DNA from: Felis catus
Lineage: Eukaryota
Direction: 5' to 3'
Assembly: GCF_018350175.1 (NCBI RefSeq)
Contig: NC_058368.1
Location: 79,238,001-79,302,000, forward strand
DNA: 64,000 bases
The notes beneath the pieces were generated by a model. It did no database searches. It saw nothing but the letters and a program-made list of their open reading frames with translations, and was not told where the DNA came from. A program made the position numbers and the translations under genes. Shown here piece after piece: positions 51,896 through 64,000 of the stretch. The number at the start of each line of letters is the position of its first letter. Position 1 is the stretch's first letter.

Positions 51896-53664
51896 ATTTT
51901 TAACAACAATTGTTGGCCAGGACACTCGCTGCTTCCAAGTAGTGAATTCTTGGGGAGCTGCTATAATTCCTGTCTAATAAAATGAAAACCCAAGGATCCA
52001 CAGAGCAGTTTCTTACAGAAACTGCCTTTTATTTTGCCCCCTGGTACGGTATCTCAAAGAAAATACCAATTTAACTGACAGTTTTTAAAAGAAAGTGGAT
52101 ATCATAATATTTTAAGTTTTCCAAATATTATCTCGTGCTTGGCTGACTAGAACATGTGTTCAACCTAGTTTTGCATCCTGAGAAACTGAGGCAAAAAGTG
52201 AGCGCAAATCATTTGCATAAAGCAAGAACAATTGAAAACAAAATTGCCCTCTCAGATTTCCAGTGTCAGAGGGCATCTGATGTCTTAATCGTGCCTTGCC
52301 ATCATAATCGTCACAGTTTATCCTGAGATCTCTCTTCTTTCTCCTGTTTTAATAATAAATTTCCCAGGAAATTGCTGTATATCTGCCACATAAGGAAGAC
52401 AGATGTTCCAGAGAAAGGAACGATTTTATAAGGTATCTTTTAACATATGCACGTGAAATCTCATAAATTGTCAAAGAACAGCAGCATTGGGTAAGAAGTA
52501 GGGCTAAAACAGAATTGGGAAAAGGCGAATTCGGCAAAAAGCTAATATGAGATAATGGGTGTGCCTCTAAGGATCAAAATTTATCAAAGAAAAGGATGCT
52601 GGGTACCTACAGAAGGATGCGCTTGGAGCTGCCTCACCTTGCCCGCACACAACCCCTTTCACTCAGTGTTATGTCACCTCTTTGACTCTGATCACTTTGA
52701 AAAAGGGGGAATTTTTGTCCTGATTACAAAAGTAAGTAATATTCCTGGTGAAAATTTTGGGGGAAAAAGTGAAAGTAAGAAAAAACAAAGAATTTCTCAC
52801 CCTGTTATTACCTCGGCAGAAACAATATTAATCTGTCATAATTTCTTCTAGTTTTTTTTTCTAGGCTAAGGAAATAGGAGAAATCGTTTGAAAAACGTGA
52901 ATATAAATGTGTTGGGGGATCTTTCGCTTTTATTCAAGAGACAGTGTGTCTGCAGTTTCCCAAATACACAACTGCTTTGGGGAAATTGAGATTTTAGACC
53001 AAAAGTGCCCAGAGAAGGTTCCGCTTTTTACATTCAAATGGGAGTTTTCCCTGTAAGACACGGCTGAGAAAGAATTGTTTCTTTTCATCGCAGGCTCAGA
53101 GGGGTCAGTGATTCACCCTTCTAGGTTCATGGGACATTTTCGTATCGTTCTGCCCTGAGATTTTTCTAACTTCCACCGTCTGCTCCTTTAACACGTCAAG
53201 GGCCAGGCTTGGTGACTCAGAGTCCAGGTTTTTACTGGATGGAGCTCCAGATCATGAGGAAAGAAAAGGTGGGAGCTGTCTTTCTGGTGGGAGTAGGCAG
53301 CATGGAAAATCCAAAGGTTAAGAAATGAGTGCAGGCTTCAGCTGGACACTTCCTCTCCACCTCTCTCTCTCCACCCTACTTGCTGCTGGAGTGGTGGGAA
53401 CGGAGAGAGGGGGCCAGAGGCATAACCCACGCTCTGGGCACTCACCTGCCAATCTCTGGGCATTGGGGCATCCCTCCACAGCAGACCACTGCTCCCATCA
53501 GCTTCTTGGAGTCTCGGGTGCTCGACACCACTCCTCCCTGTTGGCCCATCAATTTAGCGACCACAAAGGCATTCTGCAGTTGCTAGTTCCAGCACAGCTT
53601 TCCACCCTGGGGCTGTGTCTCCAAACCAACATGTTTCATGCCTCATGTTTGAAATAGTTACTCT

Positions 53665-53878
53665 ATTTTTTATCCTTTAAGTTTTATTAACTGTTTACTT
53701 ATTTTAGAGACAGCATGAGCAGGGGAGGGGCAGAGAGAGGGAAGCAGAGAATCCGAGGCAGGCTCCAGGCTCTGAGCTGTCAGCACAGTGCCCGACGCGG
53801 GGGTCAAACTCATGAACTGTGAGACCCTGACGTGAGCTGAAGTCAAACACTGAACCGAGTGAGCCATTAAGGTGCCCC
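53665..53878 (-). mobile_element. Can-SINE
   Basis: Perfect TSD TGAAATAGTTACTCT at 53650-53664 and 53879-53893. Confidence 0.96.
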
Positions 53879-54483
53879 TGAAATAGTTACTCTGGTAAAC
53901 ACGGTTTAACTTAACGAAATTTGAGCAAGCCCTTTGTTTCTTGGAAGAGATCTTGACCTACACAGAACAGACACTTGGGTCCCAATTTTCCCTACCAAAT
54001 GTGAATTCTTCGGAGGAGGCAATGTAATTGGAAAGTGGGGGACATCAAAGATAGACAGATCCTACCTGCCTTCTTGAATGAACTTCTTGAAAGAGACCCA
54101 TATGCAGAAAACCCATGGTCCACAGCATCTAGATAAGAGGTCAAAGGATTGGACTCCCACCACCATAAGAATTAGTTTTTACTCCGAAGCTTGCCTAGAT
54201 CCCTTATCCCTGATGCAGCGTGGGGTGGCTGCCTCTGTTAACAATCAGTCCATCTCTCTGTCTCCCTCCGTCTCTCCCTGTGTCTGGGTCTGTCTCTGTC
54301 TCTCATCTTTCTATCCTTCTATTTGTATACCCATGCAAAATTTGTAAGAACATTGTATATTGTAGCCTGTATTGGTATCACGTAACTTTTCCACGTGTAG
54401 TGGCTATGAGTAGTTAGTGTCTCGGACAGCGAAGTCACCAGCAGCTATGTACTTTGCTTAGAGGCTATTTGTACAGAGGTTTT

Positions 54484-54484
<1 letters not shown>

Positions 54485-54526
<42 letters not shown>
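54485..54526. repeat. (GT)n microsatellite
   Basis: Direct reading. Confidence 0.97.
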
Positions 54527-54527
<1 letters not shown>

Positions 54528-54642
54528 TTACACCAGTCTTTACAACATTTGGAGAAGTCCTAGAAGCTCAAATAGTCACCACGAGATCTGTGCAGTTTCT
54601 CTGCCTCTCTTCCAGGAGTGTTATATTTTTTAAAGTAGCAAA

Positions 54643-54869
54643 GGGGCGCCTGGGTGGCTCAGTCGGTAAAGCGTCCAACTTCAGCTCAGGTCAGGATCTC
54701 CCGGTCCGTGGGTTCGAGCCCCGTGTCGGGCTCTGGGCTGATGGTTCAGAGCCTGGAGCCTGCTTCGGATTCTGTGTCTCCCTCTCTCTCTGCCCCTCCC
54801 CCGTTCATGCCCTGTCTCTCTCTGTCTCAAAAATAAATAAACGTTAAAAAAAAAAAATTAAAAAAAAAA
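54643..54869 (+). mobile_element. SINEC_Fc
   Basis: TSD AAAGTAGCAA; long poly(A). Confidence 0.96.
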
Positions 54870-55298
54870 AAAGTAGCAAGACACATCTGAACACATCATC
54901 ATTGTAGGTCTATTTACTAATGAAATGTACCTGAACTCTCTCAACTGATTCTTATCCTTGGATACGTATTCTTCTGGGGATCTTGCAAGGCTTGGGATTT
55001 CCCTGTGTATAAAACCTCCATCAAGCTTTCAAAAAACCATGTCATCAGAAGATATTTAAATAAACTTTTTTGTTCTTTCCACAGCAGTCTTTCTATAAGT
55101 ATATTGCATATATATGAAAATTAAAATGTTATGAAAATTTTTAGAATGTATGGGTTTTTTTCTTTTGCCCACAACTCTGATTATTTCTTTAGAGTTGTTC
55201 TCCAGAAGTACAAAGTGGGAAATGGTGAAATGGTGTCCTCAAGTGTATCAATAAATGATTTTCAAAAGGATTTGAAAGGATACATCCTTTTCATCTTT

Positions 55299-55403
55299 GT
55301 TTTATTTTTTTAACATTTACTTTTTTTCAATATATGAAATTTATTGTCAAATTGATTTCCATACAACACCCAGCGCTCATCCCAAAAGGTGCCCTCCTCA
55401 ATA
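55299..55403 (-). mobile_element. Severely 5'-truncated felid L1 (about 105 bp)
   Basis: Perfect 15-bp TSD ATCCTTTTCATCTTT at 55284-55298 and 55404-55418; sequence is the reverse complement of the L1 end seen at 33470-33545. Confidence 0.93.
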
Positions 55404-55419
55404 ATCCTTTTCATCTTTC

Positions 55420-56330
55420 TTTGTTTCTTTTTAACTTTTCATTTAGCAAAAGTATGTTGACTTTAAAAGTTACAAAAGTACTACAAAGAATTCCTGTATA
55501 TCCTTCACTGCAATTCTGCTCACGATAACATCTTGACTAGCCAGAGCACAGAATATAAAAATTAGGGCAAAAAAATAACACTGGTATATTACTATCATCT
55601 AACTTGTATATTTCATCCAAATTTCACCAAGTGCCCCACTCACGTCCATTTTCTGGTCCAGGATGTCACTCGAGATCAAGTGTTGGTTGCACTCACGGCT
55701 ATGTCTTCTTAATTTCCAAGCCATAGCCTCAGACTGTCTTTTAAGACCTTGACACTTGGAGGATAACTGGCCAGTTACTTCACATAACGTCCTTCATTTT
55801 GGTTTGTCTGAAACTTCCTCATAACTAAATTCCAGTGTTGTGTTCTTGACAGAGAAGGCGTTGGGTTCTTGGCATATACACCTGGAAATGCGAGGCGATG
55901 TGCCTGCCCCTACCGATGTTTGCTGGGATCATTCGGTTAATGTGGCTTCTGCCTGGTTTGTCCACTAAGGGAAAAATCTGTCTTCACAGTAGAATCCCAA
56001 TTAATATGTGTTGAAGGAAAGATAGAAATAGAAAATCGCCATTTGGTAGACACCATAGGTGGTGTTGTCTGCCAGGTTTCTCCACCAATAGAGAAACCTG
56101 ACCTTCGGTAGCATTCCAGCGAATAAATATAGAAAGAATGATGAACATAGAAAACCCCCATTTGGCAAACACCTCCGTAAACATTGTTTCAGGCAAAATC
56201 ATCCCTGGATGCTAAAAGTAGTACCCAAAATATGATGAGAAACAAGGTTTTTACATAATCTCAAATTATCTCTCTATGTGATACTCATTAATTACAAAGA
56301 GGGAAAATAGTAACTTTATGAGGGGAAAAC
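55420..56330 (-). mobile_element. Ancient L1MC3/4-like 3' region with an orientation switch near 55975
   Basis: Antisense to ~55972 (acaaagaattcctgtatatccttcac, aagaccttgacactt...actggccagtta); sense ~55990-56330 (ccatttggcaaacacc...attaattacaaagagggaaaatagtaacttta). Confidence 0.65.
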
Positions 56331-57539
56331 ACAACAAACCGCGACATATTTTCGTAAGCCTTCTCGAGGAAAAAAATGTTATTCATATGATCTTAAAAAG
56401 TTGTTTAATGTGAAAGAAAAGATACTACGTGTAACATACGCTGGTTAAATGCTTTTTCTTTAGTAAATGGCCCGTTCACATTCTTTGCAAACTTCTCCCC
56501 TAGCTGTATTATTGTCTCATCTATTGATTTGTGCCCCATTTTCATGCATGAAGGACATTCATCTATTGTCTGCCGTATTTGTTTCAGTTCTTCCTAGGTA
56601 GTTGTTTGCCTTTTAATATTATTTATGCTGATTTATGAAATAGGGGAGCTTCTTATGTGGTTGACTGTATCGATCGCCCCATCACTTCATGAGCATAAGG
56701 TTCGTCGCCATCTTGAGAAAAGAAAAATAGTCCCCAGTATTGTCTGTCACGTGTAACGATAGCCTGATTCGTTTTTTTTCTCTCTCAAAGAATAATACGT
56801 TGCTTCATAAAAATGTAATATGGAATCCTGTCTTTCTTCACTTCATGTTGCTTTTATTATTATTTGCTGTTTTTGCAATATGTCAATATGCCTCTAATTC
56901 ATCTTTTCAACCCATCGACCCTTTCACCAAGACCAAAGTGATTCGTCTCTCAAGGCTTTAAGTCTGTTGGAAAATGTCCCTCATTACTCTTCTTTCTCAA
57001 AATTTTACTCTTCGATTTCTTATGGGTGATATTTCGGGTAATCTTCAGGATGAATGTGCCTATAACCCCCACCTCCAAAATTTCCCACAGGGATTTTGAT
57101 TGAATTTGTACTAGACATACAATATAGGATGACTCTGAGAGGAAAAAAAGATTTTTATTCAGTTTCCTGAGTACGTTTTTAGCTCTTATTTATTTAAGTA
57201 TTTTTATGTACCTATGGGAAAAGTGGTAGTTTTATGAAATTAAAAATTTTAACAACTGTTATTAAAATAGAAGTATATATGAATCGATGTATGTGCCACA
57301 GAGTAAAAATATGTCCTCCTTTGTGCATTAACTAGTTGAATTAAACTACACATATTTTTAAATGTTTACCATGTGATATGCTTAGCATAACTTTCTCTAA
57401 AAGTTCCAAATTATTTGTGGATCGTTTGGAAATTGTTTCTGTAATATTTTGGATACTGCTATCACCGTTTAAATGGTGATCCAGTCTATGTCATGACTGA
57501 CATAGGCAAGTGCTTCAGAGTCTTCCAAAGACAACCCTA

Positions 57540-57761
57540 TTTTTAAAACAAATTATTTATTTATTTTTTAGAGAGAGACAGAGACCGAGATAGAGTGTGA
57601 GTAGGGAAGGGGCAGAGACAGAGGGAGACACAGAATCCGAAGCAGGCTTCAGCCTCTGAGCTGTCAGCACAGAGCCTGATGTGCGGCTCGAACTCATGAA
57701 CCATGAGATCATGACCTGAGCCGAAATTGGACATTTAACCGACTGAGCCACTCAGGCGCCC
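57540..57761 (-). mobile_element. Can-SINE
   Basis: SINE body on minus strand. Confidence 0.94.
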
Positions 57762-58403
57762 GGAAGACGGGAATCCTATTGAATGGACAGTCACGAGGTA
57801 CCTTGTCGTCTGACCAAGGAGACACTTTGTATCCTCACCCACATTTTCAAACTGCTACTGAATAAACTCTTGTGCACAAGCAGCAGTTAAATTTCCAATC
57901 ATTTCCAGGTCCATAGTTTCTTTATACTTTCTCTGTTATCAAAGTGGCAAACATCATTTATTTTGGCGTGTTCTGTGTATTTGTTGACTTACCCTTGCTC
58001 ATTAGGTCACTTTCGATCCAAGGAGATTTTCAGGAACATCAGCAGCCTTACTGACTGAGGACATGGGCGTATTTTCAAGCCAGAGAGAGTAACGACTGTT
58101 TCCGAATGAGTTTTGCTGAAGTCAGATTTCAAACGGGATTATTTACTAATGTTTTCCTGTTTCCACATTCAGTTACTATTAAAGTGAATGTACCAAGTGT
58201 GATGGAATTTTCAACCCGTTTTTGCAACTCCCGCACTCCTCTGCTACAAGTGATACCCCCAAAGTCTTCCAGTTTTCTTTCATTGAAGCCCTATCTTTTC
58301 AGATACGTTATTTAACTTCTCCGGTTTTATTTGGTGCACAGTAGAAACATGAGATTACCTGTGCAGGTGGTAAATAAAGTGCTTATTTAATTTGTATCTT
58401 TTA

Positions 58404-58630
58404 TTTATTTTTTTTTAATTTTTTTTTCAACGTTTATTTATTTTTGGGACAGAGAGAGACAGAGCATGAACGGGGGAGGGGCAGAGAGAGAGGGAGACAC
58501 AGAATCGGAAACAGGCTCCAGGCTCCGAGCCATCAGCCCAGAGCCCGACGCGGGGCTCGAACCCACGGACCGCGAGATCGTGACCTGGCTGAAGTCGGAC
58601 GCTCAACCGACTGCGCCACCCAGGCGCCCC
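58404..58630 (-). mobile_element. Young SINEC_Fc
   Basis: Perfect TSD TAATTTGTATCTTTTA at 58388-58403 and 58631-58646. Confidence 0.97.
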
Positions 58631-58827
58631 TAATTTGTATCTTTTAGAACACATCCGGATGTAGTTAACTTATCATGGCTCTGGTGTTGCAAATTTAAAT
58701 GTGTAGAAATGTGTCTAAATTTTGGTGGCAACTTCAGATTTTCTCCATAAAGTAATCTGGATTGCATCTGTACAGAAGCCAGTAAAATTTGATTGTAAAT
58801 CTTTCCCTTTAAAATATTTTCCCTTGT

Positions 58828-59052
58828 GGGGCGCCTGGGTGGTGCAGTCGGTTAAGCGCCCGACTTCAGCCAGGTCACGATCTCGCGGTCCGTGAGTTCG
58901 AGCCCCGCGTCGGGCTCTGGGCTGATGGCTCGGAGCCTGGAGCCTGTTTCCGATTCTGTGTCTCCCTCTCTCTCGGCCCCTCCCCCGTTCATGCTCTGTC
59001 TCTCTCTGTCCCAAAAATAAATAATAAAACGTTGAAAAAAAAATTAAAAAAA
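58828..59052 (+). mobile_element. Young SINEC_Fc
   Basis: Perfect 17-bp TSD AAAATATTTTCCCTTGT at 58811-58827 and 59053-59069. Confidence 0.97.
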
Positions 59053-59089
59053 AAAATATTTTCCCTTGTACCAAAAAACAAAAAAAAGA

Positions 59090-59285
59090 GGGACACCTGG
59101 ACGGCTCAGTCAGTTGAGTGTCCAACTCTTGATTTCGGCTCAGGTCATGATCCCAGGGTCATGGGATTGAGCCCTGTGTTGGGCTCTGTTTTGAATGTGG
59201 AGCCTGCTTGGGATTCTCTGTCTCCCTCTCTCTCTGCCTCTGCCCTGCTCATGCACACACACACTCTCTCTCAGAAATTAAAGAT
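59090..59285 (+). mobile_element. Can-SINE, older
   Basis: gggacacctggacggctcagtcagttgag head; CT tract. Confidence 0.92.
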
Positions 59286-59735
59286 ATATATATTTTTCCC
59301 ATGTACACTTGATTTTTGAGACTTTCAGGCTTAATTTTATTTTTCAGATGACATTTCTTGGAGGTGCCGGGAAACAAACATCACTAAGTTCAAAAATAAC
59401 TGATTTTCACTCGAAATTATTAAAACGGTTTTGTGCAAAATGTTTTTCATCAATAAAAATTGAAATTTTACTACCTCAATGTTTATGTTTTTCCGAAAAG
59501 GTGCTGTCTTACTTGAATAGAAAAAAGTGCTGTGGTGTCAAACCTCATAATTTTAATTTGCAGTGAAACACGCTTATTGATATTAATTTTTTTAAGTTGT
59601 GGTTAACATTTACCATCTAAAATACTCAACAGTTTCTAACAATTAAATAATGGTAAAAATCTTGGTGGTTCATTCTGTATATTTTCCTCTCCTTTATCAA
59701 CACTTTTTTGATATGTATTTTTGGGAGTTTTTATT

Positions 59736-59959
59736 TTTTTATTTTTAATTTTTTTTAACGTTTATTTATTTTTGAGACAGAGAGAGACAGAGCGTGAACG
59801 GGGGAGGGCCAGAGAGAGAGAGAGACACAGAATCTGAAACAGGCTCCAGGCTCTGAGCTGTCAGCACAGAGCCCGACGAGGGGCTCGAACTCACGGGCCG
59901 TGAGATCGTGACCTGAGCCGAAGTCGGACGCTTAACCGACTGAGCCACCCAGGTGCCCC
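59736..59959 (-). mobile_element. SINEC_Fc
   Basis: Perfect TSD TTGGGAGTTTTTATT at 59721-59735 and 59960-59974. Confidence 0.97.
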
Positions 59960-60369
59960 TTGGGAGTTTTTATTATGCCAATACTTGATAGTATCAAAAT
60001 GATCCATGATGTTATCTTAATATTCTTTATTTAGGTGTCTTGCTTCCCTGCGAGACTTTTGCTGGTGAATTAGGGTGAAGGGTCACTTCTGAGAGAAGGG
60101 TGGGCTTCTCCAATCTCTGACTTCGTTCACCTGTCCCCTGCAGTGACAGACTACCTTTAGATTAGCAGACACTTTGTGCAATTTTAGAAATATCACAGCC
60201 TCTCATCTTGTGTATGTGCACGTGCTGGATGGTATTTGGATTTATGTATGTTGAACAAATCCCCACCCCCCCCCAACACACTCAGTAATTCATTAGTTAT
60301 CAAACCATGAAAGGACCCTCAGTAAGAACCTCAGAATTCTGAACTTGGCTCTGCTCTGTCCGATACCCA

Positions 60370-60665
60370 TTTTCCGTAAAAGGTTTATTGAGGTATAATT
60401 CACATACTCTGAACCCCACTGAAGTGGACAATTTGTGTTCTTAGGATAGTCGCTGGGTTGTGTGACCCTATTACCTTCCACTCCTCAGTCCCCTGTCTTC
60501 AGCCCCTGGCCACCGCAAGTCGACTTTTGTCTATGGATGTCCTGACTCTGGACATTTCATAAAAATGGAATCATGCGATATGTGGTCTTTTGTGACGGAC
60601 ACCTTTCACTCAGCACGACGTTTTCAAGGTTCCTCTACGTGGTGGCTTGTGTAGTGATACCTCAT
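60370..60665 (-). mobile_element. L1MB-like 3' end
   Basis: tttattgaggtataattcacatac...ctctggacatttcataaaaatggaatcatgcgatatgtggtcttttgtgac...ttttcaaggttc. Confidence 0.88.
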
Positions 60666-60847
60666 GCTTGATCATGATCATTGTCTCTGATCACTGTCGC
60701 AATAATCACTCAGATAATCAGAGCCCTAGAAACACACAGTTTGCCTTTTTGCCTTGCTTAAGACAAAACACACTTTCCAAATCAGTGCTGTCATTTATTT
60801 CATCACAAAGATATAGGTTCAAAAGCAAAGCTGTAAGGTAAGTAGGG

Positions 60848-61050
60848 GCCAACGCTTACTGAGTGGTTATGACACATCAAACCCCGGGACGTATGGACAC
60901 ATCTCGTGTGAATAAATTTAATGACATCCATATGAGGTGGGGGCTGTTATTGTCTTTCTCCCCCAGCTGGGGAAGATGAGACTCCGCGATATTAAATACC
61001 TTGCCCAAAGTCAGCTAGTAAGTCGTGGAGCTGAATTCCAAACCTCCATA
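60848..61050 (-). mobile_element. MIR
   Basis: aacgcttactgag...tatgaggtggg...ttaaataccttgcccaaagtcagctagtaagtcgtggagctgaattccaaac. Confidence 0.75.
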
Positions 61051-61479
61051 TCACAGACCCTCTGCCTGAGAAGGAGCAGGAGGGAGAGGGAGGGAGAGGG
61101 AGGGAGAGGGGCAGGAGAGAGAACAGAAGGAAAGATCTAGACCCCCTGTTGACTGCACTCATCATCAGTTAATTGTGCAGTCTTTTCAGTGTTCTTGCGT
61201 GACAGGGACAGGCAGTTCCTCTGCCTCCTTCAACGTGCGACAGGCAAATACCTCTTCTAAAACGATTTTTTTTTTCTGTTTTTTTTTCCCCCATCTCTGC
61301 ACGGCCCTAACAGGACCCTCTTCTCGGTGCAGGTAAATACATGACGTTGACAAGTAGCCCAGGTGAGCAGTTCCCAATGCACGTGTGGAGCCTCTGGGGT
61401 GTTATATTAGAAGTGGGAGCCACACCAGGATGAAATGCTCGGGCATTTAAAACAATATTCTGGGATTTATGGGTTGGTG

Positions 61480-62480
61480 CTTAAAAATAATGGCCCCCAA
61501 ATACCTCAAAATATGCAGGCACCAAACAGGATCTCCCTCTGTATTTATTGTGGGGTAATAAAAATGTGCAGAAAAGGGGTTTGATGGTGAATAGTCTTAT
61601 TAAACATAGGAGCCATGCAAACAGCCACGACGTAGCGTTGGGCCACATAACGTGCCCCCAGCTATAATTCTGTCCAGGAGCGCACATAAACCGCCGGTGG
61701 AATTAGGGGCTCACACGGAATGGTAAATGGGCCTTATTGTTTATAAATATAATGTCAGATTAGACTGTGGAGGGGACCGTTGTGTTATAACTTCTTCGAA
61801 GCAAAACGGCATATGGAATTCGGTAGCTTTTCTCAGGAGAAGCGAAAGTGAGATGTGAAACGGGGCTGCGGTGAGGGATCCAGGCTGCTGGGCGCAAGGA
61901 ACGCGGCAGGGAAGTTCTCTTTGAGGGACACATACAAACGACACAAAATTGTGAGCATGACAAAGGATTAGCTGTGACATGGGGTAGGGGATTTTTTTCT
62001 TTGTCATTGTTGGAAGCTGAATAGCAGTTAAGACCGTAAACTGCCCTGCTTCATAATAGAACAAGGTCACCTTGCATAATGAGGTTCATTATAAGGGACA
62101 CGCATAATTCCAATCCCGTCCTGTGGTGGCTCCGACTTTTGTTGCCGAGACAGGCCGCTTTCATGGGCCCAAGGAGCCACACCGCACTTAAAACACACTC
62201 AAAACTGTTTCGCGGGAGCGTTTTGTCGTCTTTCCTTTCTCAGCTGGTCAGGCTACTACTTTAGACAAAAATACCCATCTGGAGGTGGTGTCTTTGTGTG
62301 ATAAAAAGTATTTCACCCCGCATACTCTTGATAAATTCGCCGGTGATGACAGTGCGCGTGTAAACATCGCCTGGTGAGTTAATTTCATCTGCGACTAACC
62401 AAAATATGCAAACGACATCAGGAAATTGTTTGATTAGTGTGCATTTCCAGGGGCTGAATATTTATGTCTGCCAGCCACCA
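61480..62480. promoter_or_regulatory. Candidate enhancer cluster
   Basis: Repeat-free and CpG-retaining; TGACAG, GTAAACA, ATGCAAA, ATTGTT and TGATTA within 62340-62440. Confidence 0.4.
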
Positions 62481-64000
62481 CTGTGCTACTCCCACCTTCG
62501 GAGGAAATCAGCCCGGGTGAGAGCTGGCGTGAAAACAAAGACGTGCCGGTGAAATACACGCGTGGTCCCCTTGACAATGGGTCGCAAAACCCCATCACGT
62601 AAAATAGGACAAAGAAGGGGTAACCACGGTGCAGAAATGCCCCCGTGCTCTGTCCGGCCACCCTCCCTGCCCTCCCCCCGACACATCGGTCTGCCACGTG
62701 GTCCCCCAGGACATGGAGAAGCACATTCCTAGGGATCCGGCATCTGGAAGAAGGCGTCCAGGAGGGGTCTGCCTCCTGCCCCAAGCTGTTTTCTCTGTCT
62801 CCCAGGTTGTCTCCTTTGCTGTTTGGTTGGGTCGGAGCAAAGAGCAAAGTCCGCAGGCTTCCAAAGTACTTTCAGAGCGTGCTGTCCCGCGCTAAGCACA
62901 TCTGCCCTAGAGCATCTTAAATTTCCAACTGCGTTCCCCACGTGCTCGTCTAAACCTAGGCGCAAGGCAGAGGATTCTGTGGTGTGCGTGGCTCTTTCTG
63001 GAGTTCTTCCTCGGTCGTTCTGAAATCTGGCGAATTTCAGTAGCGGCCAAGACCGCCAAGTCTTAGACGCACGCTCCCTCCTCTTTTCAATAATACGAGC
63101 TGTTTGCATCAATATTTAATGCGAATGTGCTACGTCAGATCCAGTCACAACCAAAGAGCAAGACCACAGATTCCATGGAGAAGTCACACATTCCTTTGGG
63201 GTGAGGTTCTATATCATTCCCCTCTATTGACCCCCACTAAGTTTTTTTCTGCTCCGCACAGAAAAAGAGTTTTCTCTTGAGTTTCTTCCTTCTCTGTTAA
63301 ATGCGCAAGGCTGCCGTGGAGAAGTTGGCAATTCGGCAAACGTCTCCTGAATGGATGGATATCAGAGCTGGAGAGAAGACGCCGGAGAGAGTCACAGAGT
63401 GGAGGCAGGATGGCAGGGTCCCAGGCACACGGATGCTGGCAGCTGGGGATAAAGCCACAGGAATGGCGTGCCTCTATAATTAGAATCCTATAAATTAGAC
63501 ATGAAAGAGACCGATTAGTTCGTCTCAGTCATCCCTAAAGGGACCAGCTTGAGACTGTTCCCTGCAAAGCATTTTCTATACTTCGTTTATATCATTTTTA
63601 ACAGGCTTATGGCATGACGTGCTCTCATTAGCTGCGTGGACAGGAGCTTTACGATGATTAAATGACACGGGATCTTTGATCTTAGCTGTGTGAGCCCTGA
63701 AATTTTAATATGGAGTTGACGCTCGCCGGGCATATATGAAAACCGTGGATGTCCGTATTTTCAAGTACACTTGAAACTCTCCCCCCAACCCTGTCGTTTC
63801 ACACTCCCACACTCCTGGGGACGCGTGTTCTGTTCTCAAGAATCAGGAAATCAATAGACCCAGGAAATAATCTCTTATCTGTGAGAAGGTGAACAGCGGT
63901 GTGGGTGGGAGATGGCTTCCTTCAATTCTTGAGCCCAGGATTCTTAAGAAAGGACAGAAGAGGCAGCCGGGAAAGAGGGCGGGCCCACTTTCTCCTCCTG

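Overview
Mammalian non-coding DNA, most likely felid. The evidence is about 27 tRNA-derived carnivore SINEs of the SINEC_Fc type and felid-type L1 3' ends. I found no supportable protein-coding gene, RNA gene or CRISPR array, and the ORF track is explained by SINEs, microsatellites and chance. The window is a mosaic of young SINE/L1 insertions (many with readable target-site duplications, TSDs) on top of ancient MaLR LTRs (MLT1), L2, MIR, old L1M, MER20 and MER82. Between these lie repeat-free, motif-dense blocks that look like candidate developmental enhancers in a gene desert or large intron; the locus cannot be named from sequence alone. The most notable structures are: (1) a 5'-inverted (twin-primed) young L1 with a SINE nested in its tail (9169-9654); (2) a target site hit twice, once by an unidentified 24-nt poly(A)-tailed insert (35104-35406); (3) near-identical inverted SINEs about 200 bp apart (58404-59052); (4) an apparently twin-primed ancient L1MC (55420-56330); (5) a candidate 92-nt exon (1055-1146). 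I found no evidence for a new multi-gene system. Repeat family names come from recalled consensus sequences, not from a database search.
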